Counted from the first letter of the stretch, positions 1 to 10,325 are shown. The stretch: DNA of 64,000 bases from Longimicrobiales bacterium (GCA_965204735.1 OZ242008.1:192001-256000); one strand, 5' to 3'. The notes: a model not told the origin generated them from the letters alone. Translations and numbers: made by a program.

Positions 1-185
1 CCCGGCGGATGAGGGATGCCCAGGATGTGGCCGGTGGCGATGTACTCGCTGGCGTCCCAGAACGCCGTAGTGGGCGCCAAGGTGGCCGCGTAGAGGGCCG
101 CGACCGACGCCGCGGCGATTGCCGCCCAGCCGTAGGGGGGCCGCGGGTCGCCGGCGCCGACGGGGGAAGGACTCCCGTTCCTCAT
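1..185 (-). CDS. DUF2723/TMEM260-like membrane glycosyltransferase, 5' end only (runs off the window)
   Basis: Own translation from ATG at 185: [62 protein letters not shown]. The WD..EYI...LGIPHPPG motif is typical of DUF2723. ATGA overlap with the upstream stop. Confidence 0.8.
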   Translation of the reverse strand, partial: MRNGSPSPVGAGDPRPPYGWAAIAAASVAALYAATLAPTTAFWDASEYIATGHILGIPHPP

Positions 186-2248
186 GGCGCGGACGTCCCC
201 GCGACGCTCCGGGCCGACCCGACGGGCCGCTCCAGCAGCAAGCTTCCTGTTTCCATCACGGTGCACTCCCAGCTCTCGGGGACCCAGGTCGTTCCCGAAT
301 ACTCTGCGACGATCGCCGGCCCTGCGAATCTAGCCCCGGCGCCCAGGGCGTCGCGGACGTGGCTTTCCGCCACAATGGACCCGTCGGCGGTCAGAACGGT
401 TGCCGGCTCCGCCTTCGGGGCCGTTCCGGGACCGGGGCCCGGAAGCCGCACCTCCGCCGGCGGCGCCTGGGCCACCGCACGCAACGTAACGGCTTCCACC
501 GGGCTCTCGCGCCGGGCGTAGCCGTAGCGCTCTTCGTGGGCGGAGTGGAACGCCTCCGCCCAGTCTTCGGCCGGCACGCGAAGCTCGAAGCTCTGGCCGG
601 CGTAGCGGGCGTCCACCGAGCAGCGGACGGTCACGCCTTCGCCTTCGAAGCCCTCGTCGCGGAGGGCGCCGGCCGCTGCCGCCCGGAGCTCGGCGAAGGC
701 GTCCTCGCACTCCTGGGGGTCGTCGCCCGCGCGCTGCAGGACCGTCCGGGACACCTCGCGGGTCACCGGGGCCACCAGCATTCCGAAGGCGGAAAGGAGA
801 CCGGGCGACGGGGGCACCAGCGCGCGCTCGACGCCGATCCTCCCCGCCAGCTCCGCCACGTGAAGTCCGCCCGCCCCGCCGAACGCGACCAGGCAGAACT
901 CCCGGGGATCGTAGCCCCGCTCCACCGAGATCACCCGCAGCGCGCGCTCCATGGCGCTGTCGGCCACCGCCAGCACTCCCTCGGCCGCCGCCTCCAGGCT
1001 GGCCCCCATCCCCTCGGCCACGCCCCGCAGCACGGGCTCCACCGCCTCCCGGTCCAGCGACGCGGTTCCGCCCAGGAACCCTCCGACGGGCAGCCGCCCG
1101 AGCCACACGTGGGCGTCGGTCACGGCCAGAGAACGACCGCCGCGCCCGTAGCACGCCGGCCCCGGCTCGGCCCCGGTGCTCTCGGGCCCCACCTTGAGGG
1201 CGCCTCCGGCGTCCAGCCGCGCGATGCTGCCGCCCCCTGCGCCCACCGTGTGGATGTCCAGCACCGGGACCGCCACCGGCTGCCCGTCGACGGCGAACTC
1301 CCGGGTGCGGAGCGGCCGTCCCGGGCACAGGGACACGTCGGTGGACGTGCCCCCCATGTCGAAGGCGACCACCTTGTCGAAGCCGGCGGCGCGTCCCCAG
1401 TGCAGCGCCCCCACCACGCCGCCGGCCGGACCGGACAGCACGGTGTGCACTGGTTCCCTCGTCGCCCGCCTCACCGGCACGGTTCCCCCGTTGGAGCCCA
1501 TGATCGCGACCCGCTCCGCGCCGGCCCGCTCCTCCAGCCGGGCCAAGTAGCCCGACACCATCGGCGCGACGAAGGCGTTCACCACCGTGGTCGAGGTTCG
1601 CTCGTACTCGCGAAACTCGGGAAGCAGCCGCGACGACACCGACACCGGCACGCCGCTCCCCTCCAGCGCCGTCGCCACCGCTTCCTCGTGGACCGGATTC
1701 GCGTACGAGTGCAGCAGGCACACCGCCACCGAGTCCCGCTCCCGCGCCCACTCCGCCAGCTTGGCCAGCTCCTCGGCGTCCACCGGCTCGAGCTCCGCGC
1801 CCTGGGGGTCCAGCCGCCCCGCCACGCCCAGCCGGTCCTCCCGTCCCGCCAGCGGCGGCTTGCGCCAGCCGACCAGCGCATAGAGCTGGGGACGGTTCTG
1901 ACGCCCGATCTCCAGCACGTCCTCGAAGCCCCGGTTGGTGACAAGTCCCACCCGCGCGCCCTTGCGCTCCAGAAGCGCGTTGGTCGCCACCGTGGTTCCG
2001 TGGAGAAGGACGAAGGGCCGGCGTTCGGGGCGCCCGCGTTCGGTCGAGCTTTCGCCCAGCCCCAGCGCCCGGAGCCCGTCGAGCACCGCCCGGCTGGGGT
2101 CCGCCGGCGTCGAGGGCACCTTGAGGCTCCGCAGCCCGCCGTCGGCGAGGATCAGCAGGTCGGTGAAGGTGCCGCCCGTGTCCACGGCCACCAGGAGGGG
2201 CTCGGCGCCCGCCTCCGTCGGCTTCGGCTTTCGCGTCGCTTCCGTCAA
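182..2248 (-). CDS. Hydantoinase/oxoprolinase family protein (N-methylhydantoinase A-like)
   Basis: Motifs [64 protein letters not shown] start. Confidence 0.93.
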   Translation of the reverse strand: MTEATRKPKPTEAGAEPLLVAVDTGGTFTDLLILADGGLRSLKVPSTPADPSRAVLDGLRALGLGESSTERGRPERRPFVLLHGTTVATNALLERKGARVGLVTNRGFEDVLEIGRQNRPQLYALVGWRKPPLAGREDRLGVAGRLDPQGAELEPVDAEELAKLAEWARERDSVAVCLLHSYANPVHEEAVATALEGSGVPVSVSSRLLPEFREYERTSTTVVNAFVAPMVSGYLARLEERAGAERVAIMGSNGGTVPVRRATREPVHTVLSGPAGGVVGALHWGRAAGFDKVVAFDMGGTSTDVSLCPGRPLRTREFAVDGQPVAVPVLDIHTVGAGGGSIARLDAGGALKVGPESTGAEPGPACYGRGGRSLAVTDAHVWLGRLPVGGFLGGTASLDREAVEPVLRGVAEGMGASLEAAAEGVLAVADSAMERALRVISVERGYDPREFCLVAFGGAGGLHVAELAGRIGVERALVPPSPGLLSAFGMLVAPVTREVSRTVLQRAGDDPQECEDAFAELRAAAAGALRDEGFEGEGVTVRCSVDARYAGQSFELRVPAEDWAEAFHSAHEERYGYARRESPVEAVTLRAVAQAPPAEVRLPGPGPGTAPKAEPATVLTADGSIVAESHVRDALGAGARFAGPAIVAEYSGTTWVPESWECTVMETGSLLLERPVGSARSVAGTSAP

Positions 2249-2255
2249 AGCTGTT
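2228..2255 (+). repeat. 28-bp direct repeat, copy 1 (left boundary of accessory block)
   Basis: ctttcgcgtcgcttccgtcaaagctgtt matches 8541-8568 at 27/28 positions. Confidence 0.9.
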
Positions 2256-2443
2256 CCGCCTCCGTGCTCCGTTTCCTGCGTGTCTCCGGCAATGCAAGCT
2301 AAAGGTGGACCTGGAGCGGCGCTTGGCCGACGCCCTGCCCCGACGACGCCTGCAAGCCCAGGTCGTCAGGTCGGCTCGGGGCCTCACGCGCTGCTGGGTG
2401 CGACAGCTTGCAGCTCCGCAATGCAGCCGATAATGTGCGCGAC

Positions 2444-3013
2444 ATGTCGGACCTGCCCGAAGTCGAAATCGACTTGGAGCGCCTGCGCGCCAGGGACCAG
2501 GAAGAAGTGACGAAGGTCGTAATGACGTACGGCCCCGTGCTCAAGTCGGTGTTTTGGGGAGTCGCGGTCGATCGGCATGACCTTGCCGACATCGTGAACG
2601 ACTTCTGGATACATATCGTGCCGAGACTGGACCGCTACTCCGGCAAGTCTCCGTTCGGGCCGTGGCTCGTGCGCTGCGCCAAGAACTTCCGCAACTCCAG
2701 GGCGCGCAAGAACAGCGCCTGGGCTGCTCGGACGGCAACCTTCAAGGAGCGCCGGGAGCTGGTGGTCGACGGTTCGGCCCTCGACGAGGAAGTCCAGCGG
2801 CAGTTGCTGAAGCAAGCCGTCTTCAAGGCAGTGGACGAGCTGCCGGGGCTGGAGGGCCAGGCGGTGACGCTGACGATGCTGGAGGGCCGGAGCAAGGCGG
2901 ACGCCGCGAAGATGCTGAACGTCAGCCAGGCGACGGTTGCGAACTTGGTGCGACGGGGGCTGTTCAAGCTGCAGGAGAACGAGCTTCTCCAAAGCTTTCA
3001 CGACGACATGTAG
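2444..3013 (+). CDS. ECF-type RNA polymerase sigma-70 factor
   Basis: Region 2 (DLADIVNDFWIHIVPRLDRYSGKSPFGPWLVRCAKN) and region 4 (AVDELPGLEGQAVTLTMLEGRSKADAAKMLNVSQATVANLVRRG). ATG 2444 preferred over TTG 2408. Confidence 0.88.
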   Translation: MSDLPEVEIDLERLRARDQEEVTKVVMTYGPVLKSVFWGVAVDRHDLADIVNDFWIHIVPRLDRYSGKSPFGPWLVRCAKNFRNSRARKNSAWAARTATFKERRELVVDGSALDEEVQRQLLKQAVFKAVDELPGLEGQAVTLTMLEGRSKADAAKMLNVSQATVANLVRRGLFKLQENELLQSFHDDM

Positions 3014-3019
3014 GGACCC

Positions 3020-3754
3020 ATGCCGCCGCCGTTGCTCGCCCTGTCCGCCAGTTCGAGGTTGCGCCGGAAGCTCCGCATGGTCGCCGAGGCCGGCCCGGTG
3101 TCGCCGATCGTCGGACCCGTCGCCTTTGCTCGCAGCTGGAGCGGGCTGGCCGAGCTTGCCGCAGCTCACCCCGCGTCGCCGACGGTCGTCGATGCCGCGT
3201 TCCCCGAGGGTTCGCCCCCGCCGTCCACATTCGCGACGGCGCCGGGGATCGGTGGGAGCGACTCGCTTGGCGTCATTCGGCACGCCGTTCTTGGGGCCAT
3301 CGATCCCGAACGACCTCGTCGCTTGCTGGCCCGGATCCGCGAGCAAGGCGCCACCGAAGCCTGCCGGATCATGGACCACGTGCTGACCCGGTCCTTCGGT
3401 CCGTGCACGGTACCGGACTTGGCGGCGAGCCTGGGGCTGTCCCACTGGTCGCTGCTCCGCCGTTGCGCCGCCCTCGGCATTCCCACGCCCAAGAAGCTGA
3501 CCGACCTGGGACGCGTCTACACCGTCGAGCGACTGGCCGAGTGGAGCGAGCAACCGTCGGGCGTCGCGGCAACGGCCGTGGGGTACCCGGAGCCCGCCAA
3601 CTACCGACGAACGGCTCGCCGTGCCCTGGGCGAGCCGCCGACGGCGATCCGTCGCAGCGGCGGCGCCGCCTACGTGGGCCGCGTCATTCTGCGGAGGCTG
3701 GCGCCGCCGCCGACAGGTCCCGTCGGCCTCGCGCAACACGGCGCCAAAAACTGA
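3020..3754 (+). CDS. AraC-like HTH transcriptional regulator (same frame as the upstream sigma)
   Basis: Double HTH: TVPDLAASLGLSHWSLLRRCAALGIPTPKK ... AATAVGYPEPANYRRTARRALGEPPTAIR. Confidence 0.78.
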   Translation: MPPPLLALSASSRLRRKLRMVAEAGPVSPIVGPVAFARSWSGLAELAAAHPASPTVVDAAFPEGSPPPSTFATAPGIGGSDSLGVIRHAVLGAIDPERPRRLLARIREQGATEACRIMDHVLTRSFGPCTVPDLAASLGLSHWSLLRRCAALGIPTPKKLTDLGRVYTVERLAEWSEQPSGVAATAVGYPEPANYRRTARRALGEPPTAIRRSGGAAYVGRVILRRLAPPPTGPVGLAQHGAKN

Positions 3755-3794
3755 CCTGCATGTTCAGGGTTTCGAGAGCGTTCAACAGGTACGC
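3743..3794 (+). promoter_or_regulatory. Conserved promoter box A, copy 1 (ECF-like)
   Basis: gccaaaaactgacctgcat...gcgttca...gtacgc. 19 bp identical to 10274-10292. TGCATG-N16-CGTT spacing. Confidence 0.7.
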
Positions 3795-3827
3795 ACAGCG
3801 GTCTCACATCCAACTGGGGGTGGCAGG

Positions 3828-4883
3828 ATGAAGGTGCGGCGCGTGTTCGCCCAAGTGGTCGCTACCACCACCTTGGCAAGTTGTGGCAGCGATCCGGTCC
3901 CGTATCGGCCCTTGTTCTCGTTGGCGGACACGGTCTCCAGAGTGAAGTCGGCCGCGGTCTTCGACACGCTGTGGGCGTTCGGTGGCCCGGACGACACGCT
4001 TCTCGCCTTGCCGGCAATGCCCCGTCCCGATGGTTCCGGCGGGGTGGTCTTCGTCGACGTGCAGAGCATGAAGGTTCATCGCATCGGGGGCGAGGGGACG
4101 TTGCTGTGGTCGTGGGGCCGCAAGGGCGAAGGCCCAGGCGAGATCAAGAACGTTCGGGCCATGGACGTTCGCGACGACGGCTCCGTGGTTCTCGTCGACT
4201 CGGGGAACCGGCGGATCGTGACGCTGGACTCTGGCGGCAAGCAGATCGGCGAAACGGGCTTTTTCGGGAGGACGGTGCACTCCGTGGCGTCTCTCTTGGA
4301 GGACAAGCTCGCAGTCCACTCGACCAGCCCGTTGTGGGGCGTCTTGGAGGGCGGCAAAGTGCAGGAAGCGGAGTCTCCTCCTGGAACGGGTCCCTCTCCG
4401 TCGGTGGTGCAGCACCAAGGCCACGTCGTGAGGTGGCGAGGGGACAAGTGGGTGTTCGGCTACGGAGTGGGGAACGGCTGGATGGTCTTTGCCGATGACG
4501 CGCTTGTCGGCGTGCATCCATATGTGGAGCACACGGAGGTCCCGGCAGTGCGGGAGGCAGACCGGGTGCGCCGGACCTCTGGCTTCGTCTCCCGGCCTGT
4601 GACGTCCGGCCGTTCCCTTGCAGTGATCGGCGACACTCTGCATGTGCTTTTCGGCGGCGTCAAGGGCCTGGCTGGCCACAAGATCGACAGATACAACCTT
4701 CGGACGGGCGAGTACTTGAACACCGATCTGCTGCCGCACTACGCAAACCGAGCGGCCATGGCCGAAGGAAGAGTGGTCACCGTCTATTCGGCGGGTCTGT
4801 TCCCGCGTATCGTGGCGCTGGCGCGCAGGTCCCCTGACGACGTAGAAGCTGGTGTCAGCCTCGACAAAGGAGTTGAAAGATGA
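3828..4883 (+). CDS. 6-bladed beta-propeller lipoprotein
   Basis: Lipobox LASC; WGRKGEGPGEIKNVRAM motif; VLVDSGNRRIVTLD blade. Confidence 0.8.
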   Translation: MKVRRVFAQVVATTTLASCGSDPVPYRPLFSLADTVSRVKSAAVFDTLWAFGGPDDTLLALPAMPRPDGSGGVVFVDVQSMKVHRIGGEGTLLWSWGRKGEGPGEIKNVRAMDVRDDGSVVLVDSGNRRIVTLDSGGKQIGETGFFGRTVHSVASLLEDKLAVHSTSPLWGVLEGGKVQEAESPPGTGPSPSVVQHQGHVVRWRGDKWVFGYGVGNGWMVFADDALVGVHPYVEHTEVPAVREADRVRRTSGFVSRPVTSGRSLAVIGDTLHVLFGGVKGLAGHKIDRYNLRTGEYLNTDLLPHYANRAAMAEGRVVTVYSAGLFPRIVALARRSPDDVEAGVSLDKGVER

Positions 4884-6073
4884 TCAAGCCGGTTCGCTTG
4901 ATCTCCGTCTCGCGCCTGCTGGCGCGCACGGTGGCCGCTGCCCTGCTGCTGAGCTTCCTCGCTTGTTCCGACGCCCCGGGCGCGCACGACGCAGTCGCGA
5001 ACGACGGCTCCCGCCCCTGGGCTTCGCGGGATTCCTGGCTGGAGGCTCGGCTTGAGGCCGTTTCAGACGCAAGCCTGAACCTGGGCGAGGTCTTGGGCTT
5101 GGCAGTCGGGCATCAGGACATGGTCTACGTGCTGGACGCACTTAGTCCAGGCGTGGTCGTCTTGGACTCGCTTCTGTCGCCGGTCACGACGGTCGGCCGA
5201 CGAGGCGAAGGACCCGGCGAGTTCATGTTCATCCGCAACGTCCAGGTCCTGCCCGGAGACAGCCTGATGGTGTTCGACGGACAGCTGAAGCGCGTCACCG
5301 TCTTGTCAGAAGCGCCGGAAGCGCCGGAAGCGCAGTACGACTCGATGCGCTTCGCGGTGGTGCCCGCCGACGTCTCGCAACTCTGGAGAATGCTCGGACC
5401 CGTTGGGAACTACTTGGCCTACGACCGGCGAACGTTCTACGCAGGTGACATTCCAGAGGCAGACGCAGCACGCAACGACGTGTTCTTCGTCCTCGGCGAC
5501 GACGGCCTGACCAAGCGGCATGATTCCGTTCTGGTTGCCCCATCGTTGGAGACCTTGGTCGCGCGGAGTTCCGGGGCCGTGGCGCTCGGCCGGCACCCGT
5601 ACGGCCGCGAAGGATTCGTGGGAATGCTGACCAACGGGGGCTTCGCATACGTCAACTCGGACGCACTGTCGGTTGCGATCTTCGACGACGAAGGGCAACA
5701 AACCCGGTCGTTCTCGTATCCTACCGTCCCGTTGCCGGTGTCGTCCCAGGACCTTGCTGCCGAACTCGACAAGCTTCGACCGGCCCTTGCGAGAGTGCTG
5801 AGGGAAGGGGCTCCCTACACGCGGCCTCCGTTGGTTGGCATGGTCGTGGACGACCAGGATCGGATCTGGCTGGGGCTGCGCGGACCTGCCGAAGAGATGC
5901 CATGGGAATGGGCCGCGTTCGAGCTCGACGGTCGCCATGTGGGCTCGGTGCGCCTGCCTGCCGGTCTCTTGCTTCGCGCAGCCACAGGGGGCAAGCTGCT
6001 GGGAGTGGCCGTCGACGACCTCGAGGTGCCGAGGATTCACCTCTATCGGACCGTTGGGACGGCCGCATCATGA
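4880..6073 (+). CDS. 6-bladed beta-propeller lipoprotein
   Basis: Lipobox FLAC; VGRRGEGPGEF; GDSLMVFDGQLKRVTVL; C-terminal G.AVDDLEVPRIHLYR. ATGA overlap with the upstream gene. Confidence 0.82.
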   Translation: MIKPVRLISVSRLLARTVAAALLLSFLACSDAPGAHDAVANDGSRPWASRDSWLEARLEAVSDASLNLGEVLGLAVGHQDMVYVLDALSPGVVVLDSLLSPVTTVGRRGEGPGEFMFIRNVQVLPGDSLMVFDGQLKRVTVLSEAPEAPEAQYDSMRFAVVPADVSQLWRMLGPVGNYLAYDRRTFYAGDIPEADAARNDVFFVLGDDGLTKRHDSVLVAPSLETLVARSSGAVALGRHPYGREGFVGMLTNGGFAYVNSDALSVAIFDDEGQQTRSFSYPTVPLPVSSQDLAAELDKLRPALARVLREGAPYTRPPLVGMVVDDQDRIWLGLRGPAEEMPWEWAAFELDGRHVGSVRLPAGLLLRAATGGKLLGVAVDDLEVPRIHLYRTVGTAAS

Positions 6074-6131
6074 GGGCAGGCGTGGCTCGAAACGGCGACT
6101 CCGGCCAGCGGCGGCCGCCTGCTGTCGTGTG

Positions 6132-7298
6132 ATGGCGGACCTTCCCCCGTCCAGTGCGGTCGAGGGCCGATTCCCGGCCATGACGGGCCGCATCTTCGGC
6201 AAGCTGGCCGCGCTCTTTTCGCTGTACGCAGGATGGCTCCTTTTCGACGACCTCGATGGCGTGCCCTATCTGGAGCGCCTCGTCATGATCGGCGGCATCG
6301 CCTCGTTTGCCCTGGCGCTGCTGGTGGCTCCTGCCGTCTTTGCGGCCGGCAGCGAGTTCGACGTCTTCGGCGAAAGGGGGCCAGGAGAACGGCGACGCGG
6401 CTGGCGGTGGCTCGGTCTGGCGGCCCTCGGGGCTTGCCTAATGGCCGAGACGGGAGTTCCCCTGTCGGAGTACCTGCTCGACGTTGTCGCCCCGAACCGA
6501 ACACGCGGGGTGCCGGAACCGGGAGTCAGGTACTACAACCGCCTCCTGGTGCCAATCGCAGTGGGGATCTTCATCGTGACCTCGGGCGTGGCCGGTGCCG
6601 TGGTCCACTGCATGACTCGGGACTCGAGTCCGGGCCGCCGCAGTCTGGTGCGGTTTCTGACGTGCGTGGGCTTGGTCGCGTTGTTCTGGGCGTCTCTCCT
6701 GATCTGCAGCGAGCTGGTGAGGTCCACCACCACTATGCCCGTCGTCCTGATCGTCCTTGGCCCGCAGCTGATCCCCCTCCTGCTGACGTGGCGCCTTGTG
6801 CGCTCCCAGGGCTACGGCGTCCTCGAAGTCGTCGGGTTGGACAGAAGGATGGACCGTTGGCTGGACGCCGATGCCGTGGACCGACTTGTGCATGCCGTAA
6901 GCCGACAGGACGCGCCGAACGCCCCCGTCGTCGAAGATGTAGCGCGGAACCGGACCGAAGCGGAAGCCGCTCGGTTCATGCTGGCAATGAGGCGCGCAGC
7001 GGCCCCTGCGATCCGGGTGAGTGAAGCGGAAGCGCGGGCGACCGCAGCTCGCGCCCTGGCGGCGGCGCCGGCTCAAGCTGCAACATCAGGCGCCACGAGT
7101 CTCCGGCGGCTCGTCTCGGGTCGGGTCGGCGATTTCGGCGTGTCGTGGGCATCCCTGTCGGCAGGGTTGGTTCTCTTCGGCCTCATGGCTGCCGTGCCCC
7201 CCAACGCCTTGGCGGCTCTGACCGTGGCGTTGATCGGGACCGCAGTCCAGACTCGTTGGCTCCGGCCTGCTCGCGCAACCGCGCCGACACCGGCCTGA
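6132..7298 (+). CDS. Multi-pass membrane protein of unknown function (start 6132 or 6180)
   Basis: About 8 hydrophobic segments; sits in operon context between propeller genes. Confidence 0.65.
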   Translation: MADLPPSSAVEGRFPAMTGRIFGKLAALFSLYAGWLLFDDLDGVPYLERLVMIGGIASFALALLVAPAVFAAGSEFDVFGERGPGERRRGWRWLGLAALGACLMAETGVPLSEYLLDVVAPNRTRGVPEPGVRYYNRLLVPIAVGIFIVTSGVAGAVVHCMTRDSSPGRRSLVRFLTCVGLVALFWASLLICSELVRSTTTMPVVLIVLGPQLIPLLLTWRLVRSQGYGVLEVVGLDRRMDRWLDADAVDRLVHAVSRQDAPNAPVVEDVARNRTEAEAARFMLAMRRAAAPAIRVSEAEARATAARALAAAPAQAATSGATSLRRLVSGRVGDFGVSWASLSAGLVLFGLMAAVPPNALAALTVALIGTAVQTRWLRPARATAPTPA

Positions 7299-7305
7299 CG
7301 AGCGG

Positions 7306-8514
7306 ATGAACGACACGTTTTCCAAGACCGTCGCCGGGGTGCTGGTCGCCTGCGCGCTGGTGGTTGCGGTTGCCGTCGTGCGGCAAGCCTTCTGGACGCC
7401 TGCGCCGCCCCCGCCTCCCAGCAGCGAGCCCCGCACGGAGAACGGCGAGTACGTGCAACGGACTTCGGCCGCCGGCGAGTCGCGATCGTGGGCAACGGGC
7501 CCTTGGCTGGAGCTCGACTCGAAGAACACGAGAACGGCGACCGGTTACGGCCTGGACGACTTCGACAACGTCGCGCTCGACTTGAAGGGCCGAGCGCATG
7601 TGGTGGATCGATCCAGCAAGAAGGTCGTCGTGTTCGATCCCGACTTGCAGTTCATCCACGCCGTCGCCCTCTCCCCCGCCGACCAGGAGATCGGAATCGA
7701 CATGCTGGGGACGGACAGCATCGCAGTCCTCGATTGGCGAACAGGACTGGCGTCGGTCAGGTCCACCAGAACTGGTGAAGTGGCATCCCACTTTCTTGTC
7801 TCCGGCGCCGGAACCTACTACCCCTACGCGATATGGGCCTTTGGGCAAGGCGCCGGCTTCCTGACGGCCTACACAAGCTCCTACACCCCCGACAACGCGT
7901 TGCAGAAGAACCGGCAAAACTTCATTCGCCTCTTCGACCGCGGCGGAGGCGTTGCCCGCGATTCGGTGTTCCTGTTTCCGGCCACGGAGAAGCTGGTTGC
8001 TGGAGCCGGGCTCGGCGTTTCGGTCGGCCCGCACCCCTTCGGCGCCACCTCCTACGTGCGCGTCCTGGCGGGCACGACGGTGGTCCAGGCGTCCTCGGAC
8101 CGCTTTGCCGTCAGCCTCGTAGACGTCGAGGAGGACGCGGCCACCTCCTTCTCGTACCCCACGGATCCGGCGTGGGTGTCCGACGCTGAGCTGACGGCCG
8201 CCGCGGCTCGGGAGTCGGAGGAGCGCGCCGCCGCTCTGCTCGCCGAAGGGCGTCGCGCCCGCCAAGTGCTGGCCGGGCTCGCAGTGGACAACCTGCGCAG
8301 CACAATCTGGGTAGGCGTCTGGGCGCCGCCCGGGTCCGACAGGGAGTGGGCCGCCTTCGACACGTCGGGCACGCATCTGGCTTCGGTTGCCCTGCCCGCC
8401 GCCTTTGTCCTGCACAGCGTAGTGGATGGCCGCTTGGTTGGCATCGACTACTCCGAAGGCAAGCGTGCTCCGGCGCTCCAATCGTTTCGAGTGCTTCGCG
8501 ACGACGAGCCCTGA
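7306..8514 (+). CDS. Membrane-anchored beta-propeller protein, paralog of 4880-6073
   Basis: N-terminal TM + poly-Pro linker. Shares G.HP[FY]G, SFSYPT.P and WAAF...G.H..SV.LPA with the 4880 protein. Confidence 0.75.
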   Translation: MNDTFSKTVAGVLVACALVVAVAVVRQAFWTPAPPPPPSSEPRTENGEYVQRTSAAGESRSWATGPWLELDSKNTRTATGYGLDDFDNVALDLKGRAHVVDRSSKKVVVFDPDLQFIHAVALSPADQEIGIDMLGTDSIAVLDWRTGLASVRSTRTGEVASHFLVSGAGTYYPYAIWAFGQGAGFLTAYTSSYTPDNALQKNRQNFIRLFDRGGGVARDSVFLFPATEKLVAGAGLGVSVGPHPFGATSYVRVLAGTTVVQASSDRFAVSLVDVEEDAATSFSYPTDPAWVSDAELTAAAARESEERAAALLAEGRRARQVLAGLAVDNLRSTIWVGVWAPPGSDREWAAFDTSGTHLASVALPAAFVLHSVVDGRLVGIDYSEGKRAPALQSFRVLRDDEP

Positions 8515-8540
8515 GGCCCGACCCCGACTGACGGTGTTGA

Positions 8541-8568
8541 CTTTCCCGTCGCTTCCGTCAAAGCTGTT
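8541..8568 (+). repeat. 28-bp direct repeat, copy 2 (right boundary of accessory block)
   Basis: ctttcccgtcgcttccgtcaaagctgtt; see 2228-2255. Confidence 0.9.
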
Positions 8569-8619
8569 TCCCGTCCCCGCTTTCCGTACTCCAGCGCGCT
8601 TGGCCCTTCGCTTCTCCCG

Positions 8620-10182
8620 TTGAACGTCCGTCCGTCCCTCGATTCCTTCCTGAAGAACGCCGCGCCCAACTCCCGCGTTCCCGTCTGGTGCGAGTTCCTC
8701 TTCGACTCCGACACCGCGGTCACGGCATACCACAAGCTGAAGGACGGACCCTTCGGCTTTCTGCTGGAGTCGGTGGTAGGTGGTGAGCAGTGGGCCCGCT
8801 ACAGCTTCCTGGGAAGCCGCCCTCGGGGCGCCTGGAAGCTGGAGGGCGACGCGCTTTCGCTCTGGAGCCCGTCCGACGGCTGGCGGCTGGTGCAAGCTCG
8901 CGACCCCATGGCGGACCTGGAGCGGCGCCTGACCGGGTCCGCTCCCCAGGCCGACCCTCGGCTGCCGCGGTTCTGGGGCGGCGCCGTCGGCTACTTCGGA
9001 TACGACCTGGTGCGCCGCTTCGAGCGGCTGGGTCCGGGACCCGCCGACGACCGGGGCTTTCCCACCGCGCTGGTCCTCTTCACCGACGTGGTGGTGGCGG
9101 TGGACAACCTCAACGGCCGAGCGAAGGCCGTCGCCACCGTCGAAACGGGGTCGAACTCGAGTCGGGCCGGCCTTGAACGGGCCTACCGAGACGCCGTCGC
9201 GCGCCTGGAGGACACGGTGGGACGGCTGCTGTCCCGCTCGGCGCCCGCGCCCCTCGACTTGGCGTTCGGCGACGGCACGCTCCGCGCGGGCGCCCCCGGC
9301 GCCACGGAGTCCGACCAACCCGTCGCCACGCCTCCGTTGCCGCCCATCGAGTACGTCAGCAACATGAAGAAGGACGCCTTCTTGGCCTGCGTCCGGCGGA
9401 TCAAGGAATACATTGCGGCCGGCGACGCCTTCCAGGTGGTCCTCAGTCAGCGCCTCGCCACCCCGTTCCGCGGTCCCCCCTTCCACCTCTACCGGGCGAT
9501 TCGGACCCTCAACCCGTCGCCCTACCTCTACCACCTGGACCTGGACGACTTCAGCATCGTAGGCTCCTCGCCGGAGGTCATGGTGCGGCTCGAAGATGGG
9601 ATCGTCACCGTCCGGCCCATCGCGGGGACCCGGCGACGGGGACGTTCGGTGGCGGAGGACCGAGCGCTGGCCGTCGAGCTTGCCCGCGACGAGAAGGAGC
9701 TTGCCGAGCACCGGATGCTGGTGGACCTGGGACGCAACGACGTGGGCCGAGTGTCCGAGTACGGGTCGGTGACGGTCCCCGAGCTGATGAAGATCGAGCG
9801 CTACTCCCACGTCATGCACTTGTGCAGCCAGGTGGAAGGGCGCGTGCGCCGTGGGGTCTCGGCCCTGGACGTGCTTCGGGCGTGCTTCCCCGCCGGGACC
9901 GTCTCGGGCGCTCCCAAGGTCCGCGCAATGGAGATCGTGGACGAGCTGGAGCCCACGGCCCGGGGGCCATACGCCGGTGCTGTGGGGCACGTCGGCTGGG
10001 GCGGCGCGCAGATGGACACCGCCATCGCGATCCGCACGATGGTGGTGAAGGACGGAACGGCCAGCGTCCAGGCCGGGGCGGGCGTGGTGGCCGACTCCGA
10101 CCCCGCGTCCGAGCACAAGGAGACCCTCAACAAGGCCCGGGCCCTCCTGCGGGCCGCTGCGATGGCCGAGGGCGCTTCCTAG
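8620..10182 (+). CDS. trpE: Anthranilate synthase component I
   Basis: FLLESVVGGEQWARYSF, GDAFQVVLSQR, NPSPYLY, GSSPEVMV, PIAGTRRRG, KELAEHRMLVDLGRND, FPAGTVSGAPKVRAM, QAGAGVVADS. Confidence 0.9.
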   Translation: MNVRPSLDSFLKNAAPNSRVPVWCEFLFDSDTAVTAYHKLKDGPFGFLLESVVGGEQWARYSFLGSRPRGAWKLEGDALSLWSPSDGWRLVQARDPMADLERRLTGSAPQADPRLPRFWGGAVGYFGYDLVRRFERLGPGPADDRGFPTALVLFTDVVVAVDNLNGRAKAVATVETGSNSSRAGLERAYRDAVARLEDTVGRLLSRSAPAPLDLAFGDGTLRAGAPGATESDQPVATPPLPPIEYVSNMKKDAFLACVRRIKEYIAAGDAFQVVLSQRLATPFRGPPFHLYRAIRTLNPSPYLYHLDLDDFSIVGSSPEVMVRLEDGIVTVRPIAGTRRRGRSVAEDRALAVELARDEKELAEHRMLVDLGRNDVGRVSEYGSVTVPELMKIERYSHVMHLCSQVEGRVRRGVSALDVLRACFPAGTVSGAPKVRAMEIVDELEPTARGPYAGAVGHVGWGGAQMDTAIAIRTMVVKDGTASVQAGAGVVADSDPASEHKETLNKARALLRAAAMAEGAS

Positions 10183-10273
10183 CAGCCTCCGCTCCATGGG
10201 GGACAGCTCCATCGCCCACAGGGTCGCGGGCCGCCGAAAAGCGCCTGTCCGGGGAGGGCCGGGTCCGGGATCT

Positions 10274-10325
10274 GCCAAAAACTGACCTGCATTTTCGAGG
10301 GGCTGGGGGCGTTCAGAAAGTACGC
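10274..10325 (+). promoter_or_regulatory. Conserved promoter box A, copy 2
   Basis: gccaaaaactgacctgcat...gcgttca...gtacgc with the same spacing as 3743-3794; about 35 bp upstream of a propeller gene with a GGAGG RBS. Confidence 0.7.

Noticed and set aside
8620..10182. trpE without trpG, and hydantoinase A without subunit B
   Set aside because: Split operons are common; the partners may be elsewhere in the genome.
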